This document shows, piece after piece, positions 28,183-37,059 of a DNA stretch of 64,000 bases. The DNA lies in the NCBI GenBank assembly GCA_050633305.1, contig JBOEGF010000032.1, positions 257,222-321,221 on the forward strand. The letters run 5' to 3'. Under the pieces are notes generated by a model that worked only from the letters and a program-made list of their open reading frames with translations, had not been told where the DNA came from and searched no databases. Numbering within the stretch: the stretch's first letter is position 1; each line of letters opens with the position of its first letter. The position numbers and the translations under genes were made by a program. The DNA is from Nannocystales bacterium (GTDB lineage: Bacteria; Myxococcota_A; Polyangia; Nannocystales; Nannocystaceae).

Positions 28183-29580
28183 CTAACTCGGGGGCGTGCG
28201 GAGCCGGCGGGCGACGCTCGCGAGCGCCCGGCGGAGCGCCAGAACGCCGATACCGCCCCGTTCGAGCCGTTGCACCAACCCATTGAGCTGGGCTGCGAGC
28301 ACCCGATCCCGGGCCTCATCGGCGACCACGAGGACGACCGATTCTTCGGGGACCTCGTCCGAGGGGCTCGGTCGCGGCGAACCCGGAGCTTCTGGCAGTG
28401 CCTCCGGCGATGGCTCCATCTGCGCGGCGGAGGCCGATTCCTGCGCGGAGATGCCCGCTTCAAAGTCACCGGAGATCGGTGCCTGGGAGGGCGGCGGGAG
28501 CATGGAGAGCCGGGCCACCTCGGCTTCGAGGTCCTCGACGGGTCTCGCCACGGCCTTGCTGAGTTGGTGCTCGAGACCCGTGACCTTCCACTTCAAGGCC
28601 TGCTCCCGCGCCATCGAAGCCTCGAGCGCCTCGTCCCGGGCCAGCGCGTCGAAGGGGTCGGGGCCCGCTTCGACGGCCTCGCGAAGCTCCCGATTCTCGC
28701 GCTGCAGGGCGTCGAGGCGATCGAGCAACCGCTGCTGTTCGACCTCCGACCGCTGTGCCCGCTGCTGGGCGGAGTGCAGCTGCGCCCGCAACCCCGACGG
28801 CTGGCCCGACGCGGCGGGGGGAAGCTCGATGAGGCCGAGGCCCTCGGGCAGCGGTGCGGCAGAGCACACGCCGATCAGCTCGTCGATCGGAGGTTCCTGC
28901 GCCCCAAGGCTGTTGTCGAAGTACAGCGGAACGTCTTGCTCTTCATCGTCGTCGCGAAGCTCGCTCGGACGAACGCTGATCGTGATCTCCAGGTCCGCCT
29001 CGGCGCCATCGATCTCGAGTGACTCGCCGAAGTCGACGATCGCGGCCATCGGTGGGCGGTACAAGCCGAAGATTCGCTGCGTGCAGCCGCGGGTCCCAAG
29101 CTGCTCGAGCATCGCCTCGGCGAGGTCTTCGTAGCCGAGGCCCTCGTCTCCCGAAGCACCCCACAACACGATGCTTCGCGCGATGCTGGGTTTGAGGTTC
29201 AACCCCGCGATCGCATCGAGTGCTTCGTTGTCGTGGCTCCCCGATCGCGGCGCGGCGTCGAGATCGATCAGCGCGACCTCCCAAGCATCCTGACTGAGGA
29301 CCTCGGCGAGACGCGAGCGCGCGACGAAGCTCGTCCCGGGGCGAAGCCGACTCAAGCGTGCGGCGACCGAGTCGTCGGAGACCCCAACCCACACCGATGC
29401 ATCATCGCCGGGCCGGGCCGGGAGCAGCGCGTCCACGAGTTCACGCAGCGACTCCGCGTCTTCGCCGACGGGAATTCCCGACAGCAACGCGTCTTCGAGC
29501 GCCGGGTCGAGGACCACGCGGGCTCTCGAACGCCAGAGATCCTCCGAGAAGGCATAGCGGGCAGCCCAGCGCAGGCTCAT
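28183..29580 (-). CDS. hypothetical protein with C-terminal coiled coil
   Basis: Long ORF with host-like codon bias; heptad-like E/Q/R region (LRAQLHSAQQRAQRSEVEQQRLL...). Confidence 0.7.
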   Translation of the reverse strand: MSLRWAARYAFSEDLWRSRARVVLDPALEDALLSGIPVGEDAESLRELVDALLPARPGDDASVWVGVSDDSVAARLSRLRPGTSFVARSRLAEVLSQDAWEVALIDLDAAPRSGSHDNEALDAIAGLNLKPSIARSIVLWGASGDEGLGYEDLAEAMLEQLGTRGCTQRIFGLYRPPMAAIVDFGESLEIDGAEADLEITISVRPSELRDDDEEQDVPLYFDNSLGAQEPPIDELIGVCSAAPLPEGLGLIELPPAASGQPSGLRAQLHSAQQRAQRSEVEQQRLLDRLDALQRENRELREAVEAGPDPFDALARDEALEASMAREQALKWKVTGLEHQLSKAVARPVEDLEAEVARLSMLPPPSQAPISGDFEAGISAQESASAAQMEPSPEALPEAPGSPRPSPSDEVPEESVVLVVADEARDRVLAAQLNGLVQRLERGGIGVLALRRALASVARRLRTPPS

Positions 29581-29693
29581 CGCCGCGAGTCTTATCCCGC
29601 CCTGGTGCCGGCCGCAATGACCGGCGCCCTTGTTTCGTCTACACTGCGCGCTTTGGGTAAGGCCCTGTGGGCCGCGCAAGCCCGAGGAACCCC

Positions 29694-30812
29694 ATGGAAG
29701 CCTCCATCCGCGCCAAGCTCGAGACCCTCAGCGAGCGATACGAAGAACTCGGCGACATGCTGTGTGACCCCGAAATTACGGGGAACAAGAACGAGTTTCT
29801 CAAACTCTCGCGCGAACACGCCGAGATCAAGCCCGTCGTCGACGCCTGGACTCAGTTCCAGGAGCTTCACACCGCCCTCGAAGAGGCCCGGGAGCTTCTG
29901 GACGATCCCGACATGAAGGAGCTCGCCCAGGACGACATCGGACGGCTCCAAGGCGAGCTGGCTGAACTCGAGGTCAGCCTACAAAAGCTCCTGCTGCCGA
30001 AGGACCCCAACGACTCCAAGAACGTCATCTTGGAGATCCGCGGCGGGACGGGCGGCGAAGAAGCTGCGCTGTTCGCAGGCGACCTGTGGCGCATGTACTC
30101 CCGTTTCGCCGAGCGGCGGGGCTGGAAGCTCACGCCGATGTCGATGAACGAAGCCGACGCCGGGGGACTCAAGGAGGTCAGCGGGTTGCTCGAGGGTAAG
30201 GACGTGTACGCGATGCTCAAGTTCGAGAGTGGCGTGCACCGCGTCCAGCGCGTCCCCGCCACCGAATCCCAAGGCCGCATCCACACCTCGGCCGCGACCG
30301 TCGCGATCATGCCGGAGGCCGAGGAGATCGATTTCGAGATCCGCGACGCCGACATCAAGTTCGAGAAGATGCGGGCCTCGGGCGCAGGTGGGCAACACGT
30401 CAACACCACCGACTCCAAGGTCCGGCTGACCCACATCCCAACCGGTCTCGCCGTCGAATCGCAGCAAGAGAAGTCGCAGACCAAGAACCGCGACATCGCG
30501 ATGGCGCTTCTGCGCTCGCGCCTGCTCGACCGCGAGATCCAAAAGGCCGAGAAGGCCCGCTCCGCCGAGCGTAAGTCGCAGGTCGGCAGCGGTGATCGCT
30601 CGGAGAAGATCCGGACCTACAACTACCCGCAGGACCGTGTGAGCGACCACCGCATCAAGCTCACGCGCCACAACCTGGACGGCTTCATGGACGGCGACAT
30701 CGAGGATGTCATCCAAGCGTTGCGTGCGCACGACGAGGCCGAGCGACTCAACGACCTCGAGCGGCGCGACGACGACGACGACGGGGACAAGGGCAAGGGC
30801 AAGGGCAAGTGA
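29694..30812 (+). CDS. prfA: peptide chain release factor 1
   Basis: EIRGGTGGEEAALF, ESGVHRVQRVPATE (PxT), GAGGQHVN, GDRSEKIRTYN. Confidence 0.97.
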   Translation: MEASIRAKLETLSERYEELGDMLCDPEITGNKNEFLKLSREHAEIKPVVDAWTQFQELHTALEEARELLDDPDMKELAQDDIGRLQGELAELEVSLQKLLLPKDPNDSKNVILEIRGGTGGEEAALFAGDLWRMYSRFAERRGWKLTPMSMNEADAGGLKEVSGLLEGKDVYAMLKFESGVHRVQRVPATESQGRIHTSAATVAIMPEAEEIDFEIRDADIKFEKMRASGAGGQHVNTTDSKVRLTHIPTGLAVESQQEKSQTKNRDIAMALLRSRLLDREIQKAEKARSAERKSQVGSGDRSEKIRTYNYPQDRVSDHRIKLTRHNLDGFMDGDIEDVIQALRAHDEAERLNDLERRDDDDDGDKGKGKGK

Positions 30813-31171
30813 AGCAATCCGTCGAAGTCGAGCTCGCCGGCCAACGGCTGGTGATCCGGACCGACGAAGGCCCCGCGTACGTCCAGCAACTCGCCGACTA
30901 CGTCGACGCCCAGCTCAAGCAGGTCGCGGGCAACGCGGGCCGCTCCACCCTCAACGTGCAGCGCATCGCGTTGCTGGTCGCGATCGCCTTGGCCGACGAG
31001 CTGTTCCGCGAGAAAGACCTGCACCGACGGTATCGAGAGCAGATCACCGCCAAACTGCAGGCGCTGGACGCCGCGCTTGGAGAGCACGCGCGACGCGTCG
31101 ACGCGATCGAAGCACCGCCCGCGAAAGAGTCGGCACGCGCCACGGACGACACACCGGCCGCTCGCGAGTAG
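30809..31171 (+). CDS. zapA: cell division protein ZapA
   Basis: VEVELAGQ.L.I, Y..QLA.YVD, LLVA..LADEL, C-terminal coiled coil. Confidence 0.85.
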   Translation: MKQSVEVELAGQRLVIRTDEGPAYVQQLADYVDAQLKQVAGNAGRSTLNVQRIALLVAIALADELFREKDLHRRYREQITAKLQALDAALGEHARRVDAIEAPPAKESARATDDTPAARE

Positions 31172-31183
31172 ACTCGCCGCCTC

Positions 31184-32446
31184 GTGTCCGAGTTCACGCC
31201 CCAATCCCCTGCCCTCAAAGCTCTCCAAGAGCGCGGCTTCATCGATGCGATGACCGATGCAAAGGCGATCGACGACGCCTTCGCAGCGGGGATGGTGACG
31301 TTCTATGTCGGTTACGACCCGACCGCGTCATCCCTGCACGCCGGGTCGCTGACCTGCATCATGGTCCAGCGGCTGTTGCAGCGCTTGGGGCACAAGCCTG
31401 TGGTGTTGCTCGGTGGCGGCACGGCCCGGGTGGGCGATCCGACCGGGCGCACCGAGAGCCGCAAGATGCTCGACGACGCGACGCTGTCCAACAACGTGGC
31501 CGGCATCCGTCGCAACTTCGACGGCTACTTGCACTTCGAGCGCGGCAAGGACAACGACGCGGTGCTCGTCGACAACGCTGACTGGCTGTGTGGGCTGCAC
31601 TACTTGCAGTTCCTTCGCGAGATCGGCTCACAGTTCACCGTCAACCGGATGATCTCGGCGAAGACGTACCGCGACCGGCTAGACAACGAACAGCCGCTGT
31701 CGTTCCTCGAATTCAACTACCAGCTGCTCCAAGCCTACGACTTCCTCCACCTGTACCGCGAGCAAGGCTGCACGATGCAGCTGGGCGGCAGCGACCAGTG
31801 GGGCAACATGGTCGCCGGAACGGAGCTGATCCGCCGAGTCGTCGAAGGGCCGTCCAGCGCTCAGGCGCTCACCTGGCCGCTGCTGCTGACCGCTGACGGC
31901 CGCAAGATGGGCAAGTCCGCCGATGGTGCGGTCTGGCTCGATCCCGCGCAGTGTCCCCCGTTCGACTACTACCAATACTGGCTCAACTGCCATGACAACG
32001 ATGTCCGCAACCACCTGCTGAAATACACCGACGTTGCGGTCGATGAGATCGAGACCCTGTGCAAGGCCGAGGGCTCCGCGCTGCGAGAGGTGAAAGCCCG
32101 GCTCGCGAAGGAGGCCACCACGCTTGCCCATGGGGAGGAGTCCGCGGAAGCGGCCGCAAAGGCCTCGAAACAGGCGTTTGGCGGAGGAGACGACTGGAGC
32201 GCAGTTCCGGCCGTGGAGCTGGGCGTCGAGCAAATCGCGTTGCTCGACCTCGTCGTTGACCCTCGAATCGCGGCATTCAAATCGAAACGCGAAGCACGGG
32301 CCCGCATCGAGGCCGGTGCCGTGAAGCTCGACGGCGTGCCGGTCAAGGACCTGAGCCTCCAGCTCGAGGCTGCGGGGTTCGAAAACGGGACCGTCCGCCT
32401 TCAGGCCGGCAAGAAGAAGCGCTTTCGCGTCGTGCTTGGTGCGTAG
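31184..32446 (+). CDS. tyrS: tyrosine--tRNA ligase
   Basis: YVGYDPTA.SLHAGS, EFNYQLLQAYDF, GGSDQWGN, KMGKS, C-terminal S4-like domain ending GKKK. Confidence 0.96.
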   Translation: MSEFTPQSPALKALQERGFIDAMTDAKAIDDAFAAGMVTFYVGYDPTASSLHAGSLTCIMVQRLLQRLGHKPVVLLGGGTARVGDPTGRTESRKMLDDATLSNNVAGIRRNFDGYLHFERGKDNDAVLVDNADWLCGLHYLQFLREIGSQFTVNRMISAKTYRDRLDNEQPLSFLEFNYQLLQAYDFLHLYREQGCTMQLGGSDQWGNMVAGTELIRRVVEGPSSAQALTWPLLLTADGRKMGKSADGAVWLDPAQCPPFDYYQYWLNCHDNDVRNHLLKYTDVAVDEIETLCKAEGSALREVKARLAKEATTLAHGEESAEAAAKASKQAFGGGDDWSAVPAVELGVEQIALLDLVVDPRIAAFKSKREARARIEAGAVKLDGVPVKDLSLQLEAAGFENGTVRLQAGKKKRFRVVLGA

Positions 32447-32475
32447 CCGTCGGCCGGTGATACGGTCCGCGCTCG

Positions 32476-33138
32476 ATGACGATCTCGGACCGACTTCACA
32501 CCTCAGTCTTCGCCCTCACGATGGCCGCCGCGCTGTCCCTCACGTCCGCTTGCGACAGCAAGGATGGCGGGGACGAGAAAGCCGCGGACAAGAAGGAGGC
32601 TGGCGCCTCCGAGCAGGCCAAGTCCGCCGAAAAAGACGTCGCGGAGATGACGGCCGAGCTCGGGAAAGGCGAGGACATCAAGTACTCCTGCGCCGGCAAC
32701 ATGGCCAAGTACAAGGCGCTCGCCGCATCCAAAGACGAGTCCGAGAAGAAGGCCCACGCTGCGTTGGCCAAGGTCTGTTACGTCGACATGCCCACCGCGC
32801 AGATCAAGACGATCCGCGAGCAGATCAAGGCCGGCAAGGTCGAGTCCATGGCGATCATCAACCTCAAGACCACGATCGAGGGGGATGAGTTCCCCAAAGA
32901 TGGGGACGCTGCCAAAGTGGCCGCCGAGGCGAAGACCGTGATGGAAGTCGAGGTTCCGCTGTCCAACCTCAACACGCATCTCGAGACCGCCAAGAAAGAG
33001 AAGGAAGAGGGCAAGAGCGTGTCGATGGGATGCATCAAGGCCAAGCAGGTGGTCGACAAGAGCGGCGAGGCGCTGGGCGCCGACGACAAGGGCAAAGCGG
33101 CCGTCGCGTCCTTCAACGAGACCTGTCCCGCCAAGTAG
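32476..33138 (+). CDS. hypothetical Lys/Glu/Ala-rich lipoprotein
   Basis: Lipobox TSAC, helical K/E/A-rich body, four further Cys. Confidence 0.75.
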   Translation: MTISDRLHTSVFALTMAAALSLTSACDSKDGGDEKAADKKEAGASEQAKSAEKDVAEMTAELGKGEDIKYSCAGNMAKYKALAASKDESEKKAHAALAKVCYVDMPTAQIKTIREQIKAGKVESMAIINLKTTIEGDEFPKDGDAAKVAAEAKTVMEVEVPLSNLNTHLETAKKEKEEGKSVSMGCIKAKQVVDKSGEALGADDKGKAAVASFNETCPAK

Positions 33139-33239
33139 AGGCCCTGCACGCCTGCCCCCGGCTGCGCACAACCGCGCGCGTCGGGGGTTGTTTCGTGGTT
33201 CGGTGAAACACCTGGGGGGCGGCCGGTACCACCGTCGCG

Positions 33240-35609
33240 ATGAACCGCTTCGGCTCGCCCTTCCTTGCTGCGCTGCTCCTCGTCGCCGCCCCGTTCGCCA
33301 ACGCGGCCGCCCAGACCCAGGACGTCCGCGCACGATCCACAGCGGTATCGATGGAAGACCTCGCGGTGGAGCTGGCGAGCCTTCCGATCGCGCTTCATCG
33401 ACGCGCGGCCGATACGTTGGAACTCGAGCGCGAGCGGAGCGAATCCCCGTGGGCCGACGCTCAGCTCTCGACGCACGTCATCCCGATGTTCCGCCCGGGC
33501 GAGACGCACCCCACCCACTACGAGGTCGGCGTGCTCGGGCCCTACGGAGAAGCGCGTGGCTTCATGGTCCTGTCCAGCGGAGAGCACGACTACCCGGTCG
33601 TGCTCTCGACCGCGACCGGTCCGCGAAGAACCGCAGAACTCGCGGCCGCGATGCCCCCTGGCGAGCGGCCGAGCCGCGTCTACTTTCTCTCTCCGGTTTC
33701 GATGGTGGCCGAGGCCGCGGACGGGCACATGCTCGCCAACCTCGGCGGGCTCCCGCCCAAGGTCGAGCATGCGCAGATGGCCTGGCTCGACGCCGCGACA
33801 TCCACCCGGCAAGGCCACACCCATCACGACGCGCAGACCGGGCAGACCTTGGTGCAGCAGCCCGAGCACCGGATCGAGCTCGGCACCTGGGCGTCGTGGA
33901 GCGAACTGCGTGAGGGCTATGCGGACAACATGGCCGTCCTTCACGAGGTGCTGCGACGCGGCGCGCGGGACGACTGGGCCGCGGACGACGACTTCCGGAC
34001 ATCAGGTGAGGGGCTGCAGTCCGGGTGGTTTCGGGAGGTGCCGCTGCTCTCTCGCGGCGATGCCCAACTCGAGGTCAGTGGCCCCGGCGCATCGTTTGTG
34101 CGCACCCAGATCGACGAGCGTCCCTACGAGGGCGACAACGCCCTGCGCGTATTCGTGGAAGACATCCCCGGCGACGACGTCCACCCCCTCGACGTCACCA
34201 TCCGCTACGGCGATGGTTCCTCGGAGGTGCACCGCTTCGACGTCACCCGAACGATCAACCTCTCCGGCGAGGCCGATCCCGACGGAGCTCCGCCCGCCCT
34301 TCCCCACGGCGCACTCGCGGCGCCCAGCGCAACCGCGGCCCCAGAGTGTCGCAAGGCAGTGCTGCGCTCCAACTGGGACACCTACGTCTACGCGCGGGAT
34401 GGCGGAGGCTCGACGCTCGAAGCACGTGGAGGCTGGGTCGGCGGATGGGAGGTCTTCAAGATCCACCGGGTCGGAGCTCACAATGTGCAGCTCCAGGCGA
34501 GCAACGGCGAGTGGGTCTACGCCAGCGGCACCACCGTGCGCGCGGATGGACTCAACGCAGGAGGCGATGCCGTGTTCCAGCGCAGAACGTTCCGGGACGG
34601 ACGGGTCGCATTCCGAGCCCGCAATCGCCGGTACCTCCGTGCGAACCGATTTGGAGAGATCAACGCGAAGGCCCGACGCGCCACCAACAACGAGAAGTTC
34701 CAGCTCAAGTATTGCGAGCCCAGTCGCATCGAAGGCCGCTGGGCGGGGAACGACCCGATCGATGCCTATCGAAAGGTTCGAAAGTACGACCAAGTCGACG
34801 GGAAGCTGGGCCCGAACACCTCCGGGTGCGCCTCGGGATGTGGTGCGACCGTGTGGGCCATGGTCTTCGGCTGGGCGGACCACATGGCCAAGCTCGGAGA
34901 CAGTCGGTGGTCCGGAGCCGCGAACCTGTACCGAAGCAACGGAAAGAAAAACGGCACACCCGCCGGCGCCCCGGAGTGGATGTGGAACGACGTCCCCGGG
35001 CGACTCCGCAGCATCGGGGGCAGCTCGAATCTACTCTCGGGGCCGGCCAACATCGTGCTCGAGATTCGCGACCTACTCGGCGATTGGGGAGCATCGGGAT
35101 GCACGGTCACCGGGAGCCGTTTCACCGCCCCCCACATCATGGGCCAGGCCACCAAGTTCCTTCACGGAAGGGTCTCCACGGACCTGACCGCCGACTACGA
35201 CGGAGCGAGTGTAATGACCCATGAGGGCAAGACGAAGGCGAAGAGACGACTCGAGGACAAGCAGGTCGTCGCGATCGGCATCGGCCACTTCAGTCACTAT
35301 CCGCTCGCATACGGCTTCGAAGACGCACGATTCGCGAAGTGGGACGCGTCGAAGCGACGCTGGGCTCGGGTATCGCGGCACCAGCGCTTCGTGGTGCACA
35401 TGGGATGGGGGCACCCCGGCTCGACGAACGTCCCCTACGACACCTGGTTTCAGGGATGGATCGACCCCCCGCAGGTCGTCTCCCAGAGTTCAAACGAAGC
35501 CAACGACTCCGCCTCCGCGCCGGTCGCTCCCCTGCCCCGGGCCAACAAACCGCTCAATCCGCAGCAAAACCTGCCCGGCAACCTCCCACCACCGACGTTT
35601 CCCCATTGA
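33240..35609 (+). CDS. secreted papain-fold cysteine protease (C10/streptopain-like) with fascin-like beta-trefoil domain
   Basis: Signal peptide; prodomain-like GFMVLSSGEHDYPV; three fascin-like repeats; catalytic-like SGCGATVWAM, SHYPLAYG, FVVHMGWG. Confidence 0.65.
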   Translation: MNRFGSPFLAALLLVAAPFANAAAQTQDVRARSTAVSMEDLAVELASLPIALHRRAADTLELERERSESPWADAQLSTHVIPMFRPGETHPTHYEVGVLGPYGEARGFMVLSSGEHDYPVVLSTATGPRRTAELAAAMPPGERPSRVYFLSPVSMVAEAADGHMLANLGGLPPKVEHAQMAWLDAATSTRQGHTHHDAQTGQTLVQQPEHRIELGTWASWSELREGYADNMAVLHEVLRRGARDDWAADDDFRTSGEGLQSGWFREVPLLSRGDAQLEVSGPGASFVRTQIDERPYEGDNALRVFVEDIPGDDVHPLDVTIRYGDGSSEVHRFDVTRTINLSGEADPDGAPPALPHGALAAPSATAAPECRKAVLRSNWDTYVYARDGGGSTLEARGGWVGGWEVFKIHRVGAHNVQLQASNGEWVYASGTTVRADGLNAGGDAVFQRRTFRDGRVAFRARNRRYLRANRFGEINAKARRATNNEKFQLKYCEPSRIEGRWAGNDPIDAYRKVRKYDQVDGKLGPNTSGCASGCGATVWAMVFGWADHMAKLGDSRWSGAANLYRSNGKKNGTPAGAPEWMWNDVPGRLRSIGGSSNLLSGPANIVLEIRDLLGDWGASGCTVTGSRFTAPHIMGQATKFLHGRVSTDLTADYDGASVMTHEGKTKAKRRLEDKQVVAIGIGHFSHYPLAYGFEDARFAKWDASKRRWARVSRHQRFVVHMGWGHPGSTNVPYDTWFQGWIDPPQVVSQSSNEANDSASAPVAPLPRANKPLNPQQNLPGNLPPPTFPH

Positions 35610-35662
35610 TTCGAGGGGTTGCTGGTGCAATCCGGCGGGCGACGCGGGGGCCACAAACGGTG

Positions 35663-35691
35663 TTGACCGCGCCCGCGCAGCCCGCGACACT
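35663..35691 (+). promoter_or_regulatory. sigma-70-type promoter (TTGACC-N17-GACACT), 7 nt before the ATG
   Basis: -35 at 35663-35668, -10 at 35686-35691, ATG at 35699, no SD. Confidence 0.5.
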
Positions 35692-35698
35692 CCCGCCC

Positions 35699-36757
35699 AT
35701 GAAGCGTTTGGCGATCGGTATCGCGCTCGGACTCGTGGCAGCCCCCTTCACCGGCTGTGACAAAGGCGAAGACAAAAAAGAAGCCTCCGGCGAGAAGGGC
35801 AAGGAAGGCGAAAAGGGCGAGAAGGGCAAAGATGGCGACAAAGCTGGCGACAAGAAAGCCGCTGCTGGGTCCACCGTTGCCGACGCCATGAAGTACATCC
35901 CCGACGGGGCAAACCTTCTCATCGGACTCGACGCGGCCAAGGTCGCCGGATCCGCGATGATGAAGGACAACCAGGACATGCTCAAGCAGGGCGAAGCGGG
36001 CGAGATGATCGCAGCCGCCGACGCTTGCAAGGTGGGCATGGCGACCTGGAAGTACGCCGTCGTGGGTGGAAACACCGACAAGGATAAAGAGGTCGTGGTT
36101 GTCGTCTCGGCGACCGGCGTGGGCAAGAAAGACACGCTCGACTGCATCGGCAAGAAGATCAAAGAGAAGAAGCCCGAAGAGAAGTTCGAGGTCGGCGAAG
36201 AAGACGGCCGTGTGGTGGTGACCGGCGGCGAAGACGGTCAGAAGCTTTTCTCCGTCTCCGACGACGTCATCGCCCTCGTCGGCGCTGACTCCGAGGAAGC
36301 CTTCAAGGGTCTGCTCGGCGGCAAAGGCAAGACCGCCGTCGACGGCTCGCTCAAGGACGTCCTCGGCTCGGTCGACCAGAGCAAGCACATCTACTTCGGC
36401 ATGGTCGCCACCGCTGAGATGCAGGAAGGACCCACCGCGGGCCTCAAGCACGTGACCGGCACCGTCGACCTCTCGGCAGGCCTCGCGGTCGCTGCCTCCG
36501 GCGTGTTCGGCGATGCCGCCAAAGCGACCGAGCTCGCGGGCATGGCCAACAAGCAGTTCGGTGAGATGAAGGGCATGGCAGGCATGTTCGGCATCCCCGC
36601 CGGCGTGGTGGAGAGCGTCAAGATCGAAGCCAAGGGCGAAGCAGTTTCGCTCTCGGCCGCCGCTTCGGCTGACGACCTGAAGAAGATCTCCGAGACCATG
36701 AAGAAGCAGCTCGCCGGTCCCGGCGGCGCTCCTGGTGGCGCAGCCGCCCCCAAGTGA
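35699..36757 (+). CDS. hypothetical lipoprotein
   Basis: Lipobox FTGC, G/E/K-rich linker, alpha/beta body, strong codon bias, followed by a terminator. Confidence 0.8.
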   Translation: MKRLAIGIALGLVAAPFTGCDKGEDKKEASGEKGKEGEKGEKGKDGDKAGDKKAAAGSTVADAMKYIPDGANLLIGLDAAKVAGSAMMKDNQDMLKQGEAGEMIAAADACKVGMATWKYAVVGGNTDKDKEVVVVVSATGVGKKDTLDCIGKKIKEKKPEEKFEVGEEDGRVVVTGGEDGQKLFSVSDDVIALVGADSEEAFKGLLGGKGKTAVDGSLKDVLGSVDQSKHIYFGMVATAEMQEGPTAGLKHVTGTVDLSAGLAVAASGVFGDAAKATELAGMANKQFGEMKGMAGMFGIPAGVVESVKIEAKGEAVSLSAAASADDLKKISETMKKQLAGPGGAPGGAAAPK

Positions 36758-36778
36758 TCCGGACCTTCTAGTCCCTCG

Positions 36779-36812
36779 AACGCCCTCGCTCCGACGGAGT
36801 GAGGGCGTTTTT
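36779..36812 (+). terminator. intrinsic terminator
   Basis: AACGCCCTCGCTCC-GAC-GGAGTGAGGGCGTT stem followed by TTT. Confidence 0.8.
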
Positions 36813-37059
36813 GCGTCCATCGCCTGCGTGCGTTCCGTTCCACACCGAAACGGCACCGTTCCAGTCGAAGGCCGGAGCTGTTCCAAACTGAGTCAGCGGC
36901 CGAGCGCCGAGCAGGTTCCCCGCGGCGAGCCCGCGGCGGAACAATCCGCGCCCTGCCCCTCCGAAGGGAGCGTGTCACTCCGAAACACCGGCCGCGCCGC
37001 ATCGAACCAGACCGTGCCAAGACCATCCGGATCGGCGCTTGCACAAGTCTCGCAGCACG

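Noticed and set aside
31172..31183. 6S RNA expected downstream of zapA
   Set aside because: Only 12 nt separate zapA and tyrS; the 6S candidate is at 58914-59084.
31330..31350. TyrS HIGH motif reads HAGS
   Set aside because: HxGS variants occur in functional bacterial TyrRS; all other motifs are intact.
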